A stretch of 64,000 nucleotides of DNA from Schizochytrium sp. TIO01. Lineage: Eukaryota > Protista > Bigyra: Labyrinthulomycetes. Location: the NCBI GenBank assembly GCA_004764695.1, contig SMSO01000007.1:558001-622000 (forward strand), written 5' to 3'. How positions within the stretch are numbered: position 1 is the first letter of the stretch; every line of letters starts with the position of its first letter. The position numbers and the translations under genes are program-made. Below are positions 17,959-26,194 of the stretch, piece by piece. The notes under the pieces were generated by a model. That model saw nothing but the letters and a program-made list of their open reading frames with translations. It was not told the DNA's origin and ran no database searches.

Positions 17959-18705
17959 CTAGCTAACAGTAACGGCGACTTGACTTGAAAACTCAGTCGC
18001 TGAAATCTGAGGCGCTTGAGCTTGACTTTGACTTGACATTGCTTGGTTGGGATTTTTGATCGCGTCTAGGATTAACTTTAAATGAGTAGACCTCCTTGGG
18101 CCATATTTGGCTGCCCAAAAGACCTGTAAATATGAAATATTGTAAACCCTCCAGATTCCACGAACAATGTCCATCGCAAATGCCCTACGATAAACTTCAT
18201 TCATATGTTCATCTTGAATTTCCTTGTGAGCAACTTCTTCAGCTACGTCTCCACGCCATAAAGTATACATTAGAGTAGATACGTGATATCCGCAATTCAC
18301 ACCGTTTTTTTGGTTGCCTCGCCTAATCTCGATCTCCCAGTCTTCAGCTCCAAAAAGACGGATGGCATCGCCAAATACTTTCATCACGTGGCTCGGTTTA
18401 TGCAAGGTACTTAATGGGTCGTAAAAGACAACACGCGCTTGCCTTTGATTAAAATAAAGAAGCTGCCAATGACTTCCTGTACAAAACGGTAGCATAACAT
18501 ATTCAATGACATCTGGAATATAGATCGACCTCGCTGAGGAGCTGTCCTTTTGAAAATGGCCTCTTGGTGTGGCATTTGCAATCGCATTGCATACAGACGA
18601 TATAAATAAATCGTGTCGGTCATCTACCGAACTTGTGAGGAATTGAAGTGCAGTGCTAGGTACAAATGCGGTTCCGTGACACTTCTTTCTTTCTGCAGGC
18701 TTCAT
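17959..18705 (-). CDS. Ulp1/SENP (peptidase C48) SUMO-protease domain; C-terminal part of the transposase gene
   Basis: LPFCTGSHWQLLYF (His), VFYDPL (Asp), NQKNGVNCGYHV (Gln, Cys). In frame with ORF 18901-19692. Confidence 0.85.
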   Translation of the reverse strand: MKPAERKKCHGTAFVPSTALQFLTSSVDDRHDLFISSVCNAIANATPRGHFQKDSSSARSIYIPDVIEYVMLPFCTGSHWQLLYFNQRQARVVFYDPLSTLHKPSHVMKVFGDAIRLFGAEDWEIEIRRGNQKNGVNCGYHVSTLMYTLWRGDVAEEVAHKEIQDEHMNEVYRRAFAMDIVRGIWRVYNISYLQVFWAAKYGPRRSTHLKLILDAIKNPNQAMSSQSQAQAPQISATEFSSQVAVTVS

Positions 18706-20110
18706 AACGCGATTTTCTTCGCAGCAGGTAGCACGGCATGAAAGATACTATGGCCCATCTTGCGAATTAATATGTATTTGACGCTCGTAATCGGCATCAT
18801 CGCTGCTTGCTTGCTTGCTTGATTGATTGCTTGATTGATTGCTTGATTGCTCCTTGTTTACCTTCGCCGAGTCCTGCCCACCCTGCATGACAGCCTCGCA
18901 TCATCGCGTGCTGTGAGGTGCCTGGCGGACTTTCTTTCCTGGTGACAGCTTTCTTTCCAAGCAAGGCGAATTTTCGTTTGCACACCATGCATCCATTGCA
19001 TCCCCTTGCATCCATGATAAAGGTGCCCCGGCAGATTCGGGGTTGAAAAAGGTTTGTTGAGGTGCAAGGGGGAAGTTCTTCGTCATAATTGACCTCAACT
19101 CTGCTGTGTCAAATCGTTCCAGAGAGGGATGCCGAGAGAGGAGTTCTTCGTTTATGATGTTCGCTTCCAGATTGCAACGTGTTGAATAGTCCAGCTCTAT
19201 GATACTTTCCAATAGATGCAAGGGATGCACCAAAGCACCATCTGCAGTAACAGGTACGTCGACCAAGGGCTCAGTCATGTGCTCTAACTTGGACGCTAGC
19301 ATTAGTTTTCGATTTTTGGCAGGAATGCTATCTCTCCGCTTCAGAAAATCTGCATATTCCCTGAGTAGGTGCGCCGTCTTTGGTTTCAGATATTCCCTCA
19401 AGTCGCCCGGATGAGAGATCTGCACGGAATTAAGCTTCGGAAGGAAAAGACCGTCAAGATCCCCTCCAGGACAAGCGTATCTCCACAACTGTGCAAAGCT
19501 TTCGAAGCTGTTAGACATACCGGGCGCAGCTTTTCGATTGAATTTTTTAGTTCCTAGAAGATATGAATAAAACTCTTGCTCCACTTTGTCCTCCTGTTCG
19601 GGATTACCTTTCATTTTGAATGGGCAAGGCGTGCTAGCTCCTATGAGGTCCTTGGGGCGAGGTTGGCCCAACCAGAGCCTTTTATGCCGCAAGTTGTATA
19701 AGATGCCGACAGTACTTGCTGCTGCTTCTTCCTACATTCCACCGTTTGCTCGGCATCATCCCCACTATTTTCGCTGAGAACTCTCTCCCACGAGACGTCA
19801 TCAGTCAGAGAGGTTCCAGATCGATTTGGCAAAGGATCTTCACAGAATGCAATCCAACGGGTACGGTCAGGCCTTGCCTCTTTGGCAGGGAACAAGCCTT
19901 TTTTTACCCTTGGCGCAGAAGCAAGCTGCGCTTTTGGAAGATTTGTAATATTTTTTCGAACAGAACATCCAATGTGCAGATGAATATCAGCGTTTGAGCT
20001 ACCAACCACTAATTCTGGTATTGGGTCATCCTCGTGTTCAGGCGGTTCTAACTGTACGCACGATATTTTGATCCTTTCTTTAAATTCCTCAGAATCAGAG
20101 TCTGTACTTC
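18706..20110 (-). pseudogene. Disrupted middle section of the transposase-Ulp1 gene
   Basis: 1-nt deletions near 20108 and ~19730 link ORFs 20048-22999, 19641-20009 and 18901-19692. In-frame stops at 18901 (TGA) and 18748 (TAG) precede the Ulp1 ORF. Confidence 0.7.
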
Positions 20111-22999
20111 CTCAAGAATTTCTACACAAGTTGAAAGGACTCTCTGAACACCAATATCACCTTGAGGTTCAGGCTTGTCACCGTTCTCTCCTTTAGTGAA
20201 AAGGCTGCCGTTTACTAGTATATTCATTGCTATCAGGCGCAAGCTGATGTGGTCTTTCAATTTTTTATCGATGCCAACCTCGTCGAGGACTGATCGATCT
20301 GTTTCGGTGGGTACCCCTCCTCCCGTTAGTTTTCGAAGAACTTTCTGGAGGTAACTTATGGCTTTTCTTTTATGTTCAGGTCGTGCGAGAGCTTTTGCAA
20401 AGGCAAATATCACAGCAATGGCTTGCTCTACGGCATGCGCCAGTGTTGAGTTCTCCGTGCTGTCGAAGAAAATCGGCACCACAGTGGCTCGCGTCCTCAT
20501 TATATGATTAGACTCCAAAACAGAACCAACACTTGGCATCATGCTGAATCCCATATGTAAGTCATGAGAAACGCACAAAGGCAGTCGTGCATCTGGATAA
20601 GGGAGCTCATTATGCTCGATTTTACCATTGAACGCATCATTGACGAGGGAGTTTATCGTGAGGTGGTGGCTGAATGGTTGGTGAATTAAATACGAAGGTA
20701 AACCTTTTATCTCAATCATTCTGGAACGATTGTATTTAGCAACCACTTTGGTGAGTAGCGCGTCAGCACGAACAATACCAATGGTAGCACTTGCAACAGC
20801 CTGGTTCAACATACGATGGAACACCTCATTTGCATTAGTACCTCTATTTCCCACAAGATGATTTTTGCCATTGATTTTAGTCTGTAGAACGAGACCTGGA
20901 GGGTCGCTCAAGCAGCCCTTATGAACATGTTCAAAAAGGCCTGCAATATACTTGTCTAGGCCAACCCCTGTGGCGGTCTTAGATAAAAATAATCCATGCC
21001 GAAACCCATTTGGATAGGGTCCGAAATGTTCTACACAAGCGTTACTAGATCTTGGTTTGCAACGCTCTCGTACGCGATGAAGCAGGTCAGCACTAAGATC
21101 CATCTTCGAGTTCATAATATAGTGAGTCTTAAAAACTTCCATGATGCGCTTATATAGAACCTCTGGTTGTGGGATTCGGGTTTCAACAGCTTGATTGATA
21201 AGCCGATCTTTTGTGAAGTTGCTCTTACTCTTATGTTCCTGTTGAACCTGCTTCACTCGCTTGTGGTCGCGCTGAAGAACAGCATTTGCTAATGCAGTCA
21301 TGAATGCAGTACGAGGTGCTCGGCTTTCGTTGCTGCTTTTCACCATTATTTGCTCCCAACGCTTGAGCCAGTGAAACAAATCGAGCTTGATGGGGACTCC
21401 CTTGAAAATTTGTGATAGGCATTTATTTAATTTTCCACAACATGTATCTGTCCAAATACATTCAGGCCGGTAATCCCGACCATGCATTTCCTGGCGTAGC
21501 TTGACGAATCGTCCTAAAGCTTCTCTTATTTCCCTCTCGTTCTCACTGTTCGCCAACCCACAATAGAATATAATCTGGTTGTGTTCGTTACTGATTGTGA
21601 GTAGGGCTTGATATGGCTGGTATATCCTAAAGGATTTGTCTTGGTCTTGGAATCGAAGTTTACAGCGCTCGGGAAACCGGAACGTGCAATCGATAGCGAT
21701 ATACCTGGCGCTGTATGACGCAATTTCGCGAAGCAAAGGTCTTGCCTCTCCTTTAAACTGGTCAATACATAATTCGTCGAGAAATTTGGAGCTTAATCGA
21801 TATCCGTTGTACTCCATGTCGAAGTTGCCAAAATTTTCAGGAGCCGTGATTGATTTCTCTTGCGTTTCTTCTTCATTTGAGCACGATGCTGATTGATTTG
21901 TCTGGTCGACCTGTTTGCTCGCTTGCTCAGCTGCTTGCTCGGCAGATTCTTTATTGATCTTGTCTCGGGCAAGTCGCTCGTTGCGCTGCTGAATAACCAT
22001 TCGAGCATACTCCACGCTCAGTAAGTCCTTTTCTCGGAGTATCTGGTTGATTGTAGTCTCCAAAAGTTCTTTCCAACCCTCTATAACCCTCGTTCGGTCC
22101 CTCTCACGTCGAGCAGTGCTGAGTTGCTTAATTTTCTCGCCGTTTTTTGTATCTAGGATGTTCTTAAGCTCATGGAAGACATCAACAACTGTAGAGATAT
22201 TGAGAGCAGACTTTAGGATTTTAATCTTTTTTTCTCCCAAACTCTTGATTTGCTTTAAATCAAATTCCAGTAATTCACAAGCAGCCGTCTCCTTCCTCAA
22301 AACCTCAGCAGAATATTTTTGGGGCTGGAATTGAATTTTAGTTTTGAGCGTATTTGTCGAGTTCTCTGCTTGCTTTTGGAAAAGACTTGGGATTGTATTG
22401 GGGCCAGCTTCATCGAAGCGCCGAGTGTGTTCTCCTAAGCTTGATGCATAGTAAAAGTACTCTAGGCGATTGTGGTTCCGTACCTGAGCCTCATTGAAAG
22501 CTTCTGCAGCCCATACGGGACTTTTCAACCACAATTGGCTGAGACGTTGGCTAACCTCTGTTTCAATCCCGTGGCGTGGGGTCAAGGTCAGGCCAAAGCG
22601 TATCCGTACGTCTGCAGGGCACAAACGAAGAACAACTTCACTTGTGTTACGAAATTCTTCATTGCACATTTTACATTTATACTTTTGAGCTACGAGAAAC
22701 CAATTTCCAGTCGCACTAGCAATCTCTCGGTAATTTGGTGCCCAGAAGCCATCGTCACCAGAGACGCTGACAAGAGGTTCATCCAAATGCGCTTTTTGGT
22801 TGCAGTATGGACATGGCATGCGATTGTTCATCGACGCATACATTTTTGCTGGATGCCATAACCCAACGCTGCGCTGGTGAAAGTACTCTGGTGCAATTTG
22901 TTGACCTCTTTTTACTTTTGGCAGTTTGGGTTTCTGGAGCCAAGTGATTGTCCCATCAGGAACAATGTCGTACAGGGACTGGCATGTTTTGATATCCAT
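20048..22999 (-). CDS. DDE transposase of the Mutator/ISL3-like DxxH group with N-terminal Zn ribbon and HhH-like motif
   Basis: YIAIDCTF (D1), IWTDTCC (D2), KLDLFHW (DxxH), HKGCLSDPPG...RGTNANEVFH (E). CPYC...CKMC Zn ribbon. LKQIKSLGEKKIKILKSALNISTV is HhH-like. Confidence 0.8.
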   Translation of the reverse strand: MDIKTCQSLYDIVPDGTITWLQKPKLPKVKRGQQIAPEYFHQRSVGLWHPAKMYASMNNRMPCPYCNQKAHLDEPLVSVSGDDGFWAPNYREIASATGNWFLVAQKYKCKMCNEEFRNTSEVVLRLCPADVRIRFGLTLTPRHGIETEVSQRLSQLWLKSPVWAAEAFNEAQVRNHNRLEYFYYASSLGEHTRRFDEAGPNTIPSLFQKQAENSTNTLKTKIQFQPQKYSAEVLRKETAACELLEFDLKQIKSLGEKKIKILKSALNISTVVDVFHELKNILDTKNGEKIKQLSTARRERDRTRVIEGWKELLETTINQILREKDLLSVEYARMVIQQRNERLARDKINKESAEQAAEQASKQVDQTNQSASCSNEEETQEKSITAPENFGNFDMEYNGYRLSSKFLDELCIDQFKGEARPLLREIASYSARYIAIDCTFRFPERCKLRFQDQDKSFRIYQPYQALLTISNEHNQIIFYCGLANSENEREIREALGRFVKLRQEMHGRDYRPECIWTDTCCGKLNKCLSQIFKGVPIKLDLFHWLKRWEQIMVKSSNESRAPRTAFMTALANAVLQRDHKRVKQVQQEHKSKSNFTKDRLINQAVETRIPQPEVLYKRIMEVFKTHYIMNSKMDLSADLLHRVRERCKPRSSNACVEHFGPYPNGFRHGLFLSKTATGVGLDKYIAGLFEHVHKGCLSDPPGLVLQTKINGKNHLVGNRGTNANEVFHRMLNQAVASATIGIVRADALLTKVVAKYNRSRMIEIKGLPSYLIHQPFSHHLTINSLVNDAFNGKIEHNELPYPDARLPLCVSHDLHMGFSMMPSVGSVLESNHIMRTRATVVPIFFDSTENSTLAHAVEQAIAVIFAFAKALARPEHKRKAISYLQKVLRKLTGGGVPTETDRSVLDEVGIDKKLKDHISLRLIAMNILVNGSLFTKGENGDKPEPQGDIGVQRVLSTCVEILEEVQTLILRNLKKGSKYRAYS

Positions 23000-23950
23000 T
23001 TTATCAAGTGTGTCTTTGTAGCTGTCGATAAATTTTTGTTGGATTAAGGTGATCGTAGTCTCGCGCTTCTCCTCATCTACATTAGCGCTTTCATTTAAGC
23101 CTTCCAGATCCTTTCTGATATCTCCTCATGACTCAAGGATTCCTGATCATTGTCCCCGGGAGTGGCTGTCGCCTGGCGAAGCTTGCAACGTGATGAAAAT
23201 TGCATCATTTTCGTGTTTGATGTTTACCTCGTTGTTGAGTTTCGCTACCTCAAAGTATCATATAATATGCCTATCTGATCATGCAGTGAACATTTCCAAG
23301 TCTCTTTGCATATGTATTCGAGCCCAAGGAATAGGAGCTTAACCACCATCAAAGTCCAGTATTTAATTGCATCAGTGAAACGTCAGCATAGTATTCGTTG
23401 AGGTAGATGTGCCAGTTTACCAGAAATATGTAATATCCTTGTGAGGAGACCCAGTGGTGATACACTTAATTATTTTCAGTGGAATTAGAGGAAGATTATC
23501 ACTGAGCGTTCTTGCTAAAACCAGTAACAAAATTCATAAAGAGTTTTAAATTAAAAGCTAAATGTCATGCCACGTCCCACAGTCAGAGCCATCTATATCA
23601 TAAAATGCATATCAAAAAACTCGCCAACACAATGATTTTGTGAGGAAAAGTAGAATTTCCCCCCAGATTTTCGCCTGTTCTCTCCTATGTTCTTTCCCCC
23701 CCCCCGCGAGTTTTTTTTTTTGAGCTCACGTCAGCATTGCAGATGAGCCATGAAAAGTACATTCACTAGCCCGCGGGCTATATGGCATATAGATATAAAT
23801 TGTTGTTCAAGCAAGGCTAATATAAATTTACAAGTAAAAACATTTTCCCCTGTAGCAACGCAACGATGATAATGAGAACGGAGTACTGTGGGTATCACAG
23901 AATCTGGATGTATAGATGCAGAGAGTTATAAATGTAAGATATAAACTAAA

Positions 23951-26194
23951 TCAGGTAGCTGCCGTCATGGGAAATGAAAGCATGTTGGTAGAGTTACTGG
24001 CATGAGTACTTTGATTGTTGGACCGCAGCTGACCCCCAGCATTGTCCACGGAGTCAGTTTCATCAGAGTTCTGGGTAAACGTATTATCTTCATCATTCTC
24101 TTCGTCGGTGTCATCATCACCATTATCGTCCTCATTTTCTACAAGGCCTTGTGCACGTGCAGCTGCCCAATGGAACGCCGAAAGCCAGTCTTGACGCTGG
24201 GACCCAAGAACATGATCGCGATAATGTGCAGGCATGTCTTTTGGAAAGCCAGGTATTTCAAGATTGAGCGAATAGTCTTCCCAAATCAGCGAAAAACAGG
24301 CGCCGACAGATTCATTATTGCCAGTGCGCTTGAAGATGTCAGTTTTATGACCATGCGCGATTTCTCGAATTCGCGAAAGGGCTAACTGAGTATGATCAAT
24401 CCTTTTCGAGTCAAGTTTGGCATAATATACATGCTCTAGAGCGGGATCGCAATATACGAGACGCAAATGAGGTTTTCCACGACGACCATGTTTTAGAAAT
24501 ATAGCACCCCGAGTCAAGCGCTGGCGATACATCTTCTCCTGAACTTTTCGAAGCTTGCGTTGTAATTTTGCTTCGCTGGATTCTCGTTGTTTCACCAGGC
24601 TAGCAGCATTTTCGGAGGCAAGTTTCGATGATTGCTTTAATTTGGCCTCAAGCCCAGCTATGTGTCGCTCCCGAGCTTCAATTGTTCGTTCTCGATCAAG
24701 AATGGTTTGTGCGAGATAAGTTTCACGCTTGTGATGATTTTTCTCAGCTCTCGCCAGCTTTCTTTCCCAGATCTGGGCTTCATTCTTCACTGCTGCCCTC
24801 ATGTCCCGTTCTCGAGCGAGCTGGGCTACTTTACTTTGTTCTAAGGCAACTTCTGCAGCAAGTTGGGAGTTCGAAGAAAGGGGAGATTTTTCTGAAATAG
24901 GAGTTGGTTCCTCTTGGCTACCTCTTGACTTTTCCTCCTCGGGATGATAATCCTCCTTCTTAGGTTGCGCCTTTTTCATACCATGGTTGTGCAAAAAGTC
25001 AAAGGGTGCACGTAGCAAAGCCAACGCACCGACATCATCGTTGTCGCGGTCACTATCGTTGCCTTTTTCATCATCATCCTCGTCCGATTCCTCGTTCTCA
25101 TCTTGACTATATCCGTCTTTAAGATCAGCAACTGTTGAGCCTTTAGAGGGGGATTTTCTAGAGAGCTTCCCTTTGCGTTGAGGTGTGCGCATGCTTGGGT
25201 CGAATAGACCTTGTCGGTTACGACGATCCTTCACAGGTATTTGTGTCTGAAAGGTGAAGTCCTGCATTCGATCTTCGAGGTCACGCTCGGAATCCTGTTG
25301 GGAAGCCAATGATGTTGTGGTACGCGTATGGCGGAACCATTTCATATACTTTGAGGATTTGCTTTTGTTCGAGTCTATTCGCGGTAAGCGAGCAAACGCT
25401 GAAGATTCACTGTGCACTGGGTTAAGTAACGAAACCCCTGCTTCCTCGTCTTCAAGATCTAGCTCGTTATCGCTTACCTCATAAAGCCCTGGGTCTGTTG
25501 AACGTTCTCCAGAGCGTACTAGAGAGGCCTCCAGCTTCCGGTCAAGCTCCAGGATCTGGGAGAGTCGGTCGTTGGGGTTTACATTTGCATTTGTTCCAGG
25601 AGACGAAATAGAGAACTCTGACCTTGTCGAGCGGGGCGATCTGGCCCTTCTTTGCGAGGTCTGAATATGTAGCGATCCATTGTTTTGTGAAAAAGATGAT
25701 AATGGTGGCTCCAGGTGATTGCTTCTCGTTGATGAGGACATCATGAGCGATTCGTTGTCCACAACGATAGGTACTGAAGTTCTTCTTGAGTCTCTACGCC
25801 TTTGCTCAGCCTTTACAAGACTAGAATCTGCTCTTTCAAATTTTCCATTTGATCTAGGATTCTCGTCTCCAAATCTCGATGCACTCGATGCGAATTCCGA
25901 AGAATGTGAAGTTCGTGCGTGGGAATGTAGATGTGCACGTGGAGAGCCATAAGATGCCGAGGAGAAAGCTGCCGCACTGCTTCGGCGAGGTGATACTGGT
26001 GAGACCTCTTCAAGCTGCAATATTTTAGAGCTTGCTCTAGATGCAGCCACAGATGACGACGATCCTGTGTAGGGTGCAAGGAACTGAAGATCCACAGAGC
26101 CGCTTCGGTGCACCTTTGCGCGAGTCGGGCCGACCTGAAGTTCCAGGCTCTCCTCGCTATCGCTCCATTCTAATGTCAATCCGCGCTCGTTCAT
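23951..26194 (-). CDS. Host protein: disordered Ser-rich region, coiled coil and C-terminal PH domain (PLC/Mcp5-like PH); upstream exon(s) possible
   Basis: LTRGAIFLKHGRRGKPHLRLVYC...IREIAHGHKTDIFKR...CFSLIW...SLNLE...RQDWLSAF fits the PH pattern. A possible in-frame splice acceptor (TTATTATTCACAG) lies at ~26210. Confidence 0.85.
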   Translation of the reverse strand: MNERGLTLEWSDSEESLELQVGPTRAKVHRSGSVDLQFLAPYTGSSSSVAASRASSKILQLEEVSPVSPRRSSAAAFSSASYGSPRAHLHSHARTSHSSEFASSASRFGDENPRSNGKFERADSSLVKAEQRRRDSRRTSVPIVVDNESLMMSSSTRSNHLEPPLSSFSQNNGSLHIQTSQRRARSPRSTRSEFSISSPGTNANVNPNDRLSQILELDRKLEASLVRSGERSTDPGLYEVSDNELDLEDEEAGVSLLNPVHSESSAFARLPRIDSNKSKSSKYMKWFRHTRTTTSLASQQDSERDLEDRMQDFTFQTQIPVKDRRNRQGLFDPSMRTPQRKGKLSRKSPSKGSTVADLKDGYSQDENEESDEDDDEKGNDSDRDNDDVGALALLRAPFDFLHNHGMKKAQPKKEDYHPEEEKSRGSQEEPTPISEKSPLSSNSQLAAEVALEQSKVAQLARERDMRAAVKNEAQIWERKLARAEKNHHKRETYLAQTILDRERTIEARERHIAGLEAKLKQSSKLASENAASLVKQRESSEAKLQRKLRKVQEKMYRQRLTRGAIFLKHGRRGKPHLRLVYCDPALEHVYYAKLDSKRIDHTQLALSRIREIAHGHKTDIFKRTGNNESVGACFSLIWEDYSLNLEIPGFPKDMPAHYRDHVLGSQRQDWLSAFHWAAARAQGLVENEDDNGDDDTDEENDEDNTFTQNSDETDSVDNAGGQLRSNNQSTHASNSTNMLSFPMTAAT

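Larger units (their letters stand above)
1..23727. mobile_element. Virus-like gene island (endogenous large-DNA-virus segment) ending in a DDE transposon; left boundary outside the window
   Basis: About 17 closely packed ORFs or ORF remnants without evident introns, including a UL9-like helicase, L1R-like protein, OTU, Fic and glycosyltransferase. Sharp change to gene-poor, microsatellite-rich host DNA after ~23.7 kb. Confidence 0.75.
17831..23727 (-). mobile_element. Mutator/ISL3-like DNA transposon carrying a transposase-Ulp1 gene; ends tentative
   Basis: Transposase and Ulp1 coding region, bounded by weak inverted motifs GAGCAAAAAACCCGCG (17831, +) and GAGCTCA11CTCGCG (23727, -). No TSD found. 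Confidence 0.6.

Noticed and set aside
20048-22999. Assignment to Zisupton/KDZ because of the Ulp1 domain
   Set aside because: I do not see the KDZ-type motif pattern or SWIM/SAP domains. The DxxH and TN..E motifs fit the Mutator/ISL3-like group better.
17959-23340. Alternative genetic code (TGA readthrough) to explain in-frame stops
   Set aside because: A TAG stop and frameshifts also interrupt the gene, and the 983-aa ORF has no internal TGA. Decay is the simpler explanation.
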